DNA from: Raja brachyura
Taxonomy: Eukaryota
Direction: 5' to 3'
DNA length: 64,000 nt
Assembly: GCA_963514005.1 (NCBI GenBank)
Contig: OY740801.1
Span: 38,440,001 to 38,504,000 of the forward strand
Shown here: piece by piece, positions 13,851 to 25,577 of the stretch
Position numbering within the stretch: position 1 is the stretch's first letter
Layout of the letters: each line of letters begins with the position of its first letter
The notes under the pieces: generated by a model
The model's database searches: none
Told to the model about the DNA's origin: nothing
The model's input: the letters and a program-made list of their open reading frames with translations, nothing else
Made by a program: the position numbers and the translations under genes

Positions 13851-13985
13851 ATGCTTTTATTGTATCATGTTGCTTTTGATAACATGGTAGAGATCTTTAA
13901 AAGGCAAGCATTAAGTTTGGTATAATTGTTTCATAGATGCTCAACCCAGCACACTGCTACTTTCAATCTAAGATAGATTACTCAC

Positions 13986-14057
13986 CATAGCCGGTGTATC
14001 AGTTTCATTTATCGGCTGCCCGTCAAATCGAAACCTGATCTGTCTGATCTGCAAGCC
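13986..14057 (-). CDS. SUMO3: SUMO2/3-like gene, coding exon 3 ([24 protein letters not shown])
   Basis: Conserved [19 protein letters not shown]. Acceptor tttgcag|, donor |gtgagt, 72 nt. Confidence 0.96.
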
Positions 14058-14639
14058 CTGCAAACAGAACATAGTCAGCATAAAAATGAGAAGTTGCAGA
14101 AGATTGGCACTCGCCATTCCATATTTTAAGCCCCTCATATCATTTTGTATTTTTCCCAAGTCCATCTCTGTCACTGTAGACTATTTTAAGAAAAGGTTTC
14201 TAATTTTATTTTAACTTTATCCTTTCAAAACCATCACCTATTTCAAAATTTCAAACATGCTTTGTTACATAGAGATTTCAGCTGATTTTCTTAAAGTAAT
14301 TTCTTTGATATTTTTGTACTGAGTGTGTGGTCAAAAAATAAAGCAAATTCCACTATGACCAGACATTCTATAAAATGTGTGCAGAGATTAATACAGACCA
14401 GTGTGGCAAGAAGATACTCAGTTCCATTTTTCCCCCTCTTGGGTCTAAAGGAATCAAGGAATGCCGGGGGGGGGGGGGGGGGGGGAAGCAGGAACGGGGT
14501 ATTGATTTTAGATGATCAGCCATGTTGAATGGCAGTGGTGGCTCGAAGGGCCAAATGGCATAATCCTCCACCTATTTTTCTACGAAACATTTTAAAAGCA
14601 CAATGAGCTGTGTTTTATGATAAATATGGAATAAGAATG

Positions 14640-16000
14640 TTTTTATCTATCTCAATTTTAGGTCCCATTACTTTGAATCCATGTCCCCTTGTTTGAGACT
14701 ATCCCACCGTTGAAAACATCCCTACATCTACCTATCCACCCCTTAAGATCTTATATATTTGAAGAAGGTCTCCACTCATTTGTCTTAACTCCAAGGAACA
14801 CAGACCCAAACTACTTGGTCTCTCTTGGCAGCACAACACCCTCATGACAGGAATTAGCCTGGTGAATTTCCTTTTCCTGTCGCCAATGTTATTACATTCT
14901 TTTTAGATAACAGGACCAAAGCTGTACATAATATTTGAGGTGGGACCCTCACAAACACAATCCAATCGAAACGAAAACCCTCTATTTTTAAACTCTAACC
15001 CTTTGCAATGAAGGCCAAAATGCACATTGGCCTTGGATGCCAGCTTTGTGATTTGTGGTCTAGAACACCTTGATCCACCAAATCACATGTATGCAGTCTC
15101 ACTCTATTTCAATAATAATCTCTTTTGATTTGTCTTACCGAAGTGCATGATCTCATACTTCCATTTCCCACATTAAACTTAATTTGCCAGTCTTTGGCCC
15201 ACTCAATCAATTAATGCCTCTTTGCAGAATCACAGTATCCTTACTGCAACATGCCCATCCACCTATTTTCACATCATAGGCAAATATAGAATCCTGACAC
15301 ACTGTTCCTTCCTCCATGCATTAATGCAAATAATGAACTGTGGTCTGATCAAGAACTGATTCCTGTGGTACTCTATTACTTTCTTCTAGTCTGAAAATCA
15401 CTCATTTATTCCAACTCCTTTCTACAAGATGGCTTTCTACATTCTAACATACTTCCTGATACCACATGCTTTTAATATATGCAGCAGCCCCCTATCTGGT
15501 ACCAAGTCACTTTCCGTTTGGAAATCTAAATCCACTAAAGTGCAAGTTCCCTCGATCAACTCTTGTTACATCTTCAAAGAATTCAAGCAAATCTGTCAAA
15601 TATATTTACCCTTCATATTTGTTATGTTACATCTAACGTGCCTTGCAAGAAAGAATTTCATTGTTTCATTTCAGATCCGGTGCATATGACTCTTAAAACG
15701 ATGCTGACTAAGTTTAATTATACTCTCCTTTCCTCACCGATTAGCTACGGTATTTCCTCTGATTATTGACTCACGTATTTTGACAATGCTGTTGAACTGG
15801 CTTGCCTCTGGCTTTTTTTTTGAACAATTGAGTCACATTGGCTAATTTCCATTCTTCTGGTCTCTTCCCAGAGTTCAGCAAATTATCAATAACATCAATG
15901 TATGGGGTCCATATTTGTGCAGCCACTTCCTTCAAACTCCTAGCCTGTAGTCCATTGGGTCCTGGGGGCCTGTCCACCTTTAGCCCTCTTAGAGTTTATG
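14640..16000 (-). mobile_element. Old CR1 fragment
   Basis: PGPNG..LKE..PEEWKLANVT.LFKK motif and decayed RT. Confidence 0.7.
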
Positions 16001-17461
16001 TGTTCAAAAGTTCAAAACCTCAATTTTGGAAATTGCTTTTGTAAGTTGGACCCTGTTATTTGAAATTAGCCCCAAAGTGAACAAAGCTGTATAAATGTTA
16101 ATGCATTTATTTACACATGCTAGAATTAACAGTATGCTTGTTCAATGGGCATCATTGAACCCATCATTTATGAGAATATACACTAATCTTTATGGAATTT
16201 TGAGCATTAAAATGCTATAATCGTCACATATAAATTACTGACATCTCTGCTTTGTGCAAAAAGGTACTGTTTCAATTAACTTATTCAGTTTAAACATTTG
16301 CACATGGTTTAAATTTTGTTTTCTCAGGACAAGCATCCATAATTTATAGAACGCATTCCTTAAGTAAGATCAGGACTCATTTACGTTAGCAGGCAAAATA
16401 ACGGCATTTTTAGATCTCATTTAGTTTAAGAGAGCCCACAATGATCTTCGACCTGCAAAAATGACTCAGTAGGTGTAAATATTGGTAAACCCAGAGTCAA
16501 AGCCATAAGGATCACTTTCTGGGAGAGGTCTTGCGTTGAAGCACTCATCATTAAATGTAATAATTTAACCACGATCTGCAGGACCATTCAGTTTACATGC
16601 CAACAAATGACTCATTTCATTGCAACATCATCAGACTGACAAAAAAAAGTCTCTCAAAAAAAACCCCAAACTAAATAGGACATTTGGTGAAGCACCTCAA
16701 TATCTCACTGGGCAAATCCATCACATGCTGTGGCCTCAAAAGCCGAGTAAACTCTAGTTGGAAGCAGGGCTTTTCACTATTCATCATGGTAGTAACAATC
16801 TTTGAAGTGCTGAGAGGTAGCCAAGTTGCATAACTAGTGTATAAATGTTACTGCAATTACATTTTCTACCATTTGGGTTTGGCAATTAAAGCCCGAGTCA
16901 CAGATTAGCAATGTGTTATTTTGTCAAAAATTTAACTGTACTTAAATGTTTAGGCAAGTGAAAATATTCTAGAGGGATCAGATGAATCAAACAATCTCCA
17001 GAATAAAGAAACACAGAAAAAAAAGTAAAGTTCTTTCTATTGCAACCAAAATAAGCTTTAGAACCAAACTTTAACACAGCTATGTCTGTGTTTTAAAGCT
17101 ACATCTTTCCATATTAAAAATGGAAAAATAATTCACCCTAGAGTCCAAAAAGGAAACAAACCAAGATGTTTCCCTCCCTAATTATGTATGAATGCCGATG
17201 TTGCCAACAGTAAACTGGTCACTGGCAAATTTAACATGTACTAGGAGTATGTTAATTAGTACGCATTTTGGTATAAACATGCTTTGTAATGTCCTCTCTG
17301 CTAGCTCTAAAGCAGAAAAACTGAAAACCAAAGATGCAGTCCCAGGTGGATTTAAGAGAAAAAAGGAGAAACACATTGGCCAGAGTCTATTTTACAACAG
17401 CTAATATGAAATTCAAAGAACAAGCAAATAATTCAAAACATTCCAACATATTAAGACTAAC

Positions 17462-17605
17462 CTGTCGCTCACAGTATGCTTTCATCAGCTTACTCAATGG
17501 TGTTTGCTTCTTTATCTTGAACTGTACAACAGACCCATCTTGTCCAGCCACTTTCAGGTTAATATGATCATTCCTCTGGTCATTTCCTTCGCTTTTCACA
17601 TTTTC
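17462..17605 (-). CDS. SUMO3: SUMO2/3-like gene, coding exon 2 ([48 protein letters not shown])
   Basis: Near-identity to the SUMO2/3 core. Acceptor ttag|GAA, donor CAG|gttagt, 144 nt. Confidence 0.96.
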
Positions 17606-17734
17606 CTAAAGCCAGGATTAAAAACATCGAATTTAATATACGCCCCAGAAAAATAAATACAATGATCAAATATAAACACTGCATTAGGTAATGGGGAGAC
17701 TAGATTTCAATAAAAGAAATCACTGGACTATTGA

Positions 17735-18920
17735 CTATCAATGCACTGGATTGAGTAACTCGGTGGGTCAAGCAGCATCTCTGGAAAAAATGGATAGAGA
17801 GGGCAGGTAGGGGATGTATTACTTGAAATTGGAGAAACCAATCCTGAAAAGTTGATATGGGAATGGGAAGGGGAGTTAAAATAGTTAGAAACAAGAATCT
17901 CCAGCAAACTTTGGCGAACAGAGCGCAAATGTTCTTAAAAAAAATTTTTTTTATTAGAAGTACATAATAAAAAAACATTTTGTTTGTGGTATTCAGACAT
18001 TCTTAATATTGCAAAATTATCAATTATTTAATAGTTCTACCTATATATATATATAAATATTTTTATATAGATAGAAAATAGAGAGAAAAAAACCAAAAAA
18101 GAGAATGGAATAATTAACTAATAATACATCATTGGAGATATGTCTGTAAATTATAAAATGTAACTCTTCATCTAATCCTTAATTCAGGTTTCAGTCAGGT
18201 TCTTGTGCCGAACCAGTTTGCCCCTTCAAATAGTCAATAAATGGAGACCATGTTCTGATAAAAAGTTCTTCTTTGTCTATTAAGACAAATCTTATTCTTA
18301 CCAAATGTAGGGTCTCCGACATTTCCATAATCCACATTTTGATTGTGGGGTTTATAGAGCGCAAATGTCAATGAAATGGTTGCCTAGTCTACACTTGATC
18401 TTGCTGACATTGGGAGCACTAAACACAATAGACAAGGTCAAAGGAGGTGTACTCTGTCTGACCTGGATGGAAATTAGAGAAATGTAGGGACAGGTTCTAC
18501 ATCACCTGCAGTTGCAAGAGGAAAGCACTGGAGAAGGATTGAGTTGGGCGGTACCAGATTAGCAAACCAACCAGTTGTGCAGACAGTGGTCTCTCCGGAA
18601 AGCAGAAAGGCATGCGAACAGGAAGATGCTGAAGCGGGTGGAAATATTAGAGAATGTGTTGGATGTGAATGTTGGTGAGTGGTCAGGCGAGGACCCAGGA
18701 AACTCAATTCTTATTCCATCTGGGGGGGTGAGGGGTTGCGAGAGCCAAACTGCGGAACACAAATGAAACATTGAATGAGGGATCCATCCACTACAGCAAG
18801 GGTGAAACACAATTGCAGGAGAAAGAGGACATCTTGGAGGTCCTAGAGTGGAAAGCCTCATTTTGTGAGCAGAATGTGGTGGATACAGATAAATTGAGAG
18901 TAAGGGATTCAGAAATTTCA
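17735..18920 (-). mobile_element. Penelope-like 3' fragment containing a nested L1
   Basis: Similar to 12200-12700 (GAGGACATCTTGGA..AAAGCCTCAT) plus pLTR sequence. Confidence 0.7.
17933..18355 (-). mobile_element. 5'-truncated L1-clade LINE
   Basis: C-terminal ..PTIKMWIMEM..FIRTWSPFIDYL, AATAAA and an A-tail. 13-bp TSD AGAGCGCAAATGT at 17920-17932 and 18356-18368. Confidence 0.8.
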
Positions 18921-18976
18921 GGAAGCATGAGTGAATAGAACAATACACCAGGATACAAAAAACAGATTTTTGGTCG

Positions 18977-19270
18977 AGGGCAGTGTAGGGGTAGAGATGC
19001 TGCCTCACAGCACAAGAGACCTGGCTGCAATCCTAACAATGGGTGCTGTCTGTGCAGTGTTTGTATATTATCCTTGTGACCACGTAGGTTTTCCCTGGGT
19101 GTTCCAGTTTTGTCCCATTCCACAGACATACAGGTTTGTAGGTTAATTGGCTTCTGTAAATTTCCCCTAATGTGTAGGATAGCATAGAACTAGTGTACGG
19201 TTGATCAATGGTTGGCATAGACTCAGTGGGCCAAAGGGCCTGTTTCCACAAAGTATTTCCAAACTCAACT
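18977..19270 (+). mobile_element. tRNA-derived SINE (HE1/V-SINE-like)
   Basis: tRNA-like head, V-domain-like core (GCTGTCTGTG..GTTT..CTCC..TTTCC) and CR1-like tail GGGCCAAAGGGCCTGTTTCC. Confidence 0.75.
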
Positions 19271-20231
19271 TAAATGTAGAAGTTGGAAGATGGGAGGCTA
19301 TTCGGGACTGCTGAAAAAAGTTAATTCCAGCAATGAATGTCATCATGAATCAGGATTTTCACTGCTAGGAGGAAGTCAGGCAATACTACCGGCATAAATG
19401 TGTATGAGTGCAACTCACCTTCATAAAATTAAAAAGATGTGAATTGTTTGTCTTAGCCTCATTCTGTAAGAATGATAAGGAGTCAGTGCCTCGAGCAGAG
19501 TTTGAGGCAGGGTCCAAAGACAAAGCCACTTTGTACACATTTAGTTGAAGGAAATGTTTATTTATCCAGTCTGGATATCGTGCAAATAGTATTAACAATT
19601 ACGAGGAAATTGATATGGTGAGTTTGGTTAGGATAGGTGGTGCCAAGAAAGGTTCATAACATGGTAGACCAAGCTGTTAATATTATTCAGGCAACTGGGG
19701 GAAAAGGCACTCATTTTTGTCTTGATTCCAAACTTAGGCCTGCTGGCAGTTTAGTTTCGATTTAACTTTTCTATGCACTTGACATAATTGCTACCAAAGA
19801 TAATTATTTTTTGAAACCAATATTCTAAATCGTGTCAAACAATATAATTAATATTATGCCTGCAATGTGGAATAATCCAAATCAGCAAAAAGATTTGTTT
19901 TAAAAACAGATCCTTTATGGATATAATTATGGCTATACCACAAGAATACCATTAATAAAGCACATATGGCTGCTATGCCATGTTCTTCAAGGATACTGCC
20001 TGGCCCGCTGAGTTTTTCCATCACTTTGAGTCCTCACATGCTGGACAATATTAGTGAAGTATAAGAGGAACCACTTTTGAGACTGCAAGATCCACAGTGC
20101 TGCTGAAACTCCAGGCTCTGCAAATAGAAACCTTGATTGCCACATACATAATTTCCTCTCAGAATGACATTACTTGTTGATACAATCAACTTTCCTGATC
20201 ACATTTCTGAAAGCAACCTTAAAAACACAAA

Positions 20232-20823
20232 AGGGCCTGTCCCACTTGGCCGTCATTATGCGCCATCATGCGTCGGCACAGCCGACTAGAGCGCGTGACA
20301 TCATTTGAAGATAGAAACAAAATGCAAGAGTAACTCAGCGGGACCGGCAGCATCTCTGGAGAGAAGGAATGGATGATGTTTCGGGTCAAGACTCTTCTTC
20401 TGTCTGAAGAAAGGCCTCGACCCGAAATGTCACCCATTGCTTCTCTCCAGAGATGCTGCCTATCCTGCTGAGATACTCCAGCATTTTGTGTCTATCTCCA
20501 ACAGTCTTGGCTCCGCTCTGGGAGTAAGAGTGGGGGTGAATCTGGATCCGCAACAGCTGTGAGCCCCAGGCCGAGCTCGGCGATCGTTTTCCTGCTTCTG
20601 CTGCTGTTGGCGGTGAGACGTTGCGCTATGCCAGGGTCTTGGGCCTGTCCCACTTTGGCCGTCAATTACACAACAGGCCGGTGGCGCGTGAAGATTTTGT
20701 GCAGGACGAAGCCCATACTCCTCCACGCCACTCCACACCACTCCATGCGCCTGTCCCGCGCTACCCACACGCTAGCAGGTCGCGTAAATGGCGAAAGAAT
20801 GACAGCCAATAGGGACACGCCCC
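20232..20823. mobile_element. Harbinger-type MITE remnants (two left ends, one right end) with a nested Penelope palindrome
   Basis: GGGCCTGTCCCACTT(T)GGCCGTCA at 20233 and 20641, and inverted TGACAGCCAATAGGGACACGCCC followed by TTA near 20800-20826. Confidence 0.7.
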
Positions 20824-21157
20824 TTAGGATAGACCGTAATTGCTGGAGTAACTCAGTGGGTCAGGCAGCATCTCTGGAGAAAGGAATAGGTGATGTTTTG
20901 GGTCAAGGCCCTTCTTCAGAATGTTTATTTCCCCAATTAGTAAATTCTTAATTCTGCATTGAACCTGGGAAGTTTTGCTGATAGGAGAAACATGGAACTG
21001 TAGATGCTGATTTATATTTTAAAAAGTCAAAGTGCTGGTGTAACTCAGTGGCTCAAGCAATATCTCTAGAGAATATGGACAGGTGATGTTTTGGGTTGGG
21101 ACCCTTTTGTTGATTTCTTAAAATAAACACAATATACAGTAGATGCTGGCAATCTTA

Positions 21158-23523
21158 AAAACATAGAAAATAGGTGCAGGAGTAGGCCATTTGGCCCTTT
21201 GAGCCAGCACCGCCATTCAATATAATCATGGGTGATCATCTGAAATCAGTACCCCTTTCCTGCTTTCTCCCCATATCCCTTGATTCCGTTAGCCCTAAGA
21301 GCTGTATCTACAGTGTATTCAGAAAGTATTCAGACCCCTTCACTTGTTCCACATTTTGTTACATTACAGCTTTATTTTTAAATGGATTAAATTATTTTTG
21401 TTTTATCATCAATCTCCACAGAATACCCCAGAATGAAGAAGCGAAACCAGGTGTTTAGAAATTTTTGCAAAGTAATTAAAAATAAATAACTGAAATATCA
21501 CATCAAAATAAGTATTCAGACACTTTGCGATGACACTCAAAATTGAGCTTAGGTTCATCCTGTTTCCATTGATTATCCTTGAGATGTTTCTGCAACCCGA
21601 TTGGGTAATTTTTGCCAGAGGTAAATTAAATTGATGGGACATGATTTGGAAAGGCACACACCTGTCTATACAAGGTCCCACAGTTGACAGTGCAAGGCAG
21701 AGCAAAAACCAAGCCATGAAGACAAAGGAATTGTCCGTAGACCTCCGAGACAGGATCTGGGGCAGGGTATAAAACAATGTCTGCAGCATCGCAGGACCCG
21801 AAGAGCACAGTGGCCTCAGCCATTCTTAAATGGAAGAACTTTGGAACCACCAGGACTCTTCATAGAGCTGGCCGCCCAGCCAAACTGAGCAATCGAGGGA
21901 GAAGTGCCTTGGTCAGGGAGGTGACCAAGAACCCGATGGTCACTCTGACAGAGCTTCAAAGTTCCTCTGAAATGGGAAAAACTTCCGGAAGGACAACTGT
22001 ATCTGCAGCACTCCACCAATCAGGCCTTTATGGTCGAGAGGCCGTACAGAAAGCACACCTCAGTAAAAGGCAAATGACAGCCCAATTGGAGCTTGCCAAA
22101 AGGGTTGTTTTTTCTGGTGCTCTGGTCTGATGAAAACAAGATTGAACTCTTTGGCCTGAATGCCAAACGTCACGTCTGGAGGAAACCAGGCATCGCTCAT
22201 CACCTGGCCAATAACAAACCGACGGTGAAGCATGGTGGTGGCAGCATCATGCTGTGAGGATGTTTTTCAGCCTTAGGAACTGGGAGACTAGTCAGGCTCG
22301 AGGGAAAGATGAACAGAGCAAAGTAGCTCCTTGATGAAAACCTGCCCCAGAATGTTCCTTGATGAAAACCTGCTCCAGAGCGTTCTGAACCTCAGACTGG
22401 GGCGGAGGTTCACCTTCCAACAGGGCAATGACCCTAAGCACACAGCCAAGACAAGGCAGGAGTGGCTTTGTGACAAGTCTGTGAATGTCCTTGAGTGGCC
22501 CAGCCAGAGCCCTGACGTGAACCCAATCTAACATCTCTGGAGGGACCTGAAAATAGCTGTGCATCAAAGCTTCCCATCCAATCTGACAGCTTGAGAGGAT
22601 CTGCAGAGAAGAATGGGAGAAATTACCCAAATACAGGTGTGCCAAGCATATAGCGTCATACCCAAGAAGACTTGAGGCTGTAGTTGCTGCCAAAGGTGCC
22701 TCAACAAAGTACTGAGTAAAGGGTCTGAATACTTATGTAAATGTGATATTTCAGTTAATTCCTTTGCAAAAAATTCTAAACACCTATTTTTGCTTTTTTA
22801 TTATGGGGTATTGTGTGTAGATTGATTATTTAAAAAAATGAATTCAATCCATTTTAGAATATGACTGTAACGTAATAAAATGTGGAAAATGTGAAGGGGT
22901 CTGAATACTTTTTGAATGTACTGTAACTCTCTCTTGAAAACATCTAGTGAATTGGCCTCCACTGCCTTCTGTGGCAGAGAATTCCACAGATTCACAACTC
23001 TCTGGGTGAAAGTTTTTCCTCATCTCATGCCTAAATGAATTACATGAATTTCTGGACTCCCCCAACATCGGGAACATTTTTCCTACATCTAGCCTGTCCA
23101 ATCCCTTAAGAATTTTATATGTTTTTATATGATCCCCTCTCACTTGTCTACATTCCAGTGAATATAAGCCCAGTCACCCCATTCTTTCATCATATGTCAG
23201 TCCCACCATCCCGGGAATTAACCTGGTGATCATATGCTGCACTCCCTCAATAGCAAGAATGTCCTTCCCCAAATTAGGAGACCAAAACTGCTCACAATAC
23301 TCCAGGTGTGGTCTCACCAGGGCCCCTGGACAACTGCAGTAGGACCTCCTTGCAAATGTATACTCAAATCCTCTCGCTGTGAAGGCCAACATGCCATTTG
23401 CTTTCCTCACTGCCTGCTGTACTTACATGCTTACTTTCAGTGACTGATGTACAAGGACACCCAAATCTCATTGCACCTCCCCTTTTCCTAATCTGACACC
23501 ATTCAGATAATAATCTGCCTTCT
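21158..23523 (-). mobile_element. CR1 3' fragment split by the Tc1 insertion
   Basis: RPHLEYCEQFWSP; the CR1 3'UTR is continuous across the TA site. Confidence 0.88.
21311..22923 (+). mobile_element. Tc1/mariner DNA transposon (IR/DR type) with decayed DD34E transposase
   Basis: TA target duplication and long TIRs CAGTGTATTCAGAAAGTATTCAGACCCC / GGGGTCTGAATACTTTTTGAATGTACTG. Transposase remnants [34 protein letters not shown] and [11 protein letters not shown]. Inserted into a CR1 fragment. Confidence 0.96.
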
Positions 23524-24831
23524 TAATTTAGAAAGTGTTTGGAAATATCAAAATCAAACAAAATTAATAAAGATCAAATCAAAAGGTAACTTTGCTTCAC
23601 ATTTAATATTAATTTCACATTATCTATTAATTTAAAGTAACTGGTAGACATTTGCAAAATGTACACTCGTTTTCAATATTTGTTTTGAAAAATGTAAGGA
23701 TTTTGAGCATCCATCAAGTTCTATGAAGGTAATTTTTTCCAGGAGGAAGACGTCTAATTGAAAAGAAGATATTTTCCTCGACGCAGTATATCCGTCAAAA
23801 AATAAAAACAATTAACTGACACAGCAAAACCCCACGTATAGGTATTTAAAAATGCAATGGACAAACACAAAATGATCACAATTGAGATCAAGAGTTATGA
23901 GTCGGTAGAATTCTCTGCCTCAGAGGGCGGTGGCCAGTTCTCTGGATACTTTCAAGAGAGCTAGATAGGACTCTTAAAGATAGTGGATATGGGGAGAAGG
24001 GAGGTAAGGGGTACTGATTGAGGGTGATCAGCCATGATCACATTGAATGGCGGAGCTGGCTCGAAGGGCCGAATGGCCTACTCCTGCACCTATTGTCTAT
24101 TGATTTTCGTCAATTGTGAACGTTTAGGAGTGCGAAGAAATAAGTTGTCAGTTACTAAAACTATGTGTCAGCTGTTGGATACTGATAAACCAGAGATTAC
24201 ACACATTGCCTAGTCATGATTGATCCGAAAACCTAGGTATGATTATGGGCGAGGCGGACCTTTGAAACAAACTGCTTTCGTTTCATGAATTGATGTATTG
24301 AAGTGAATTCGGTCAACTAGGGGAAATAGAAATGCGACCGCAGAAACACCCCGCCCGACGATTCCTCATGCCTTCCTCATGTGTGTGGCCTCAGCCTGCA
24401 CCAAATCCAATGGATTCAGGAAAACTGGAGGCTGCGTAAGTGTCGACTGCAGCAGCGACTGTGGCAGCCGGAAGCGAGTGCAGGCCCAGACCGCGGAGAC
24501 AACCTCACAGCCTTGGTTTTAGCGTAGCTGCATTTCAACTAAACTAATCCTGACACAGCTGCGGATGGGCTCCCGTCACCTGTACAAGGATCCACTCACT
24601 ACGCACTGTCGCCCTCGGCTTGATGCTGCAGGCCTGGATCAATGGAGAGCCCCCCCCCCCCGCCGCCCCCGGCCAGTCCCAGCCCTGCTGCCCGCAGCGG
24701 TGGACGAGGGCCATCAACACACCAACATTACACAACACCCGGGCCTACGGCACCCTCCTCCGGTCGGTCACTCCCTCCTCCCCGCATCTCCCTTCACCCA
24801 TCGTCACCGACTCCATCACAACAGGCCTCAC

Positions 24832-24855
24832 CCCCTTGGCTTTATCCTCCGCCAT
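24832..24855 (-). CDS. SUMO3: SUMO2/3-like gene, coding exon 1 (MAEDKAKG)
   Basis: The minus strand reads ATG GCG GAG GAT AAA GCC AAG GGG|GTGAGG inside a CpG island. It resembles the short MADEKPK/MSEEKPK first exon of SUMO2/3, and phase 0 fits exon 2. SUMO2 vs SUMO3 orthology cannot be settled by eye. Confidence 0.85.
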
Positions 24856-25577
24856 CTCACGGCTGCTGATGGCGCCCTGCAGTCTGCAGACCGCACGGTG
24901 GCCTCCCTCGCGTCGCAGGCGTCACCTCCCTGCGCTCGGCCCCGTCGCTCCCGCCTCCTCGTGTCCGCCCGCCCGCCAGCCCAGCGCGCGCACGCATAGA
25001 CGGACGCCGCTGCCGGGGTCACGTGGCCGACGCTCCGCTGGCGTCGGGCCCGGGCCCGCCCCCAGCACCAGCCCCCAGTACCAAAGATCCTCTATTATCT
25101 TTGACCAGCACCAGCCCCGCCTCCAGCACAGGGCACGCCCCCAGCACCAGCCCCGCCCCCTGCACCAGCCCCGCCCCCTGCACCAGCCCCGCCCCCAGAG
25201 TCTGAAGAAGGGTTTCGGCCCGAAATGTTGCCTATCACCTTTGCTCCTTAGATGCTGCTGCACCCGCTGAGTTTATCCTGTCTTTTGTGTTCCCCAGCAC
25301 AGGGCACGCCACCAGCACCAGCCCCGCCCCAGCTCTAGCCCCGCCCCCAGCACCAGCCCCGCCCCAGCTCTAGCCCCGCCCCCAGCTCCAGCCCCGCCCC
25401 AACATTAGCCCCGCTCCAGAATCAGCCCCGCCCCAACATTAGCCCCGCTCCCAGCTCCAGCCCCGCTCCAGAATCAGCCCCGCCCCCTATTTTCTTGGTT
25501 ACCGGGAGTTCCGTGTCACCCGCGTCTGAGCGACGTGGTGACCGAAGACCTGCAGGGGGCGAGAGCGAGCAGTCACA
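24856..25577 (-). promoter_or_regulatory. CpG-island promoter/5'UTR of the SUMO gene
   Basis: Very GC- and CpG-rich, directly upstream of the ATG. Contains an E-box CACGTG (25020-25025), an NRF1-like GCGCACGCA, a YY1-like ATGGCG and many GGGGCGGGG boxes. Confidence 0.75.
25053..25487. repeat. About 18-bp minisatellite (CAGCACCAGCCCCGCCCC) forming a GC-box array
   Basis: About ten exact CCCCGCCCC cores plus variants, interrupted by a Penelope-type fragment at about 25199-25290. Confidence 0.85.

Noticed and set aside
20559-20951. ORF with a signal-peptide-like LLLLLL stretch
   Set aside because: It runs through MITE and pLTR sequence inside SUMO intron 1, starts at GTG and has no supporting exons.
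24544-25270. 144-216 aa ORFs on both strands
   Set aside because: CpG-island artefact around SUMO exon 1.
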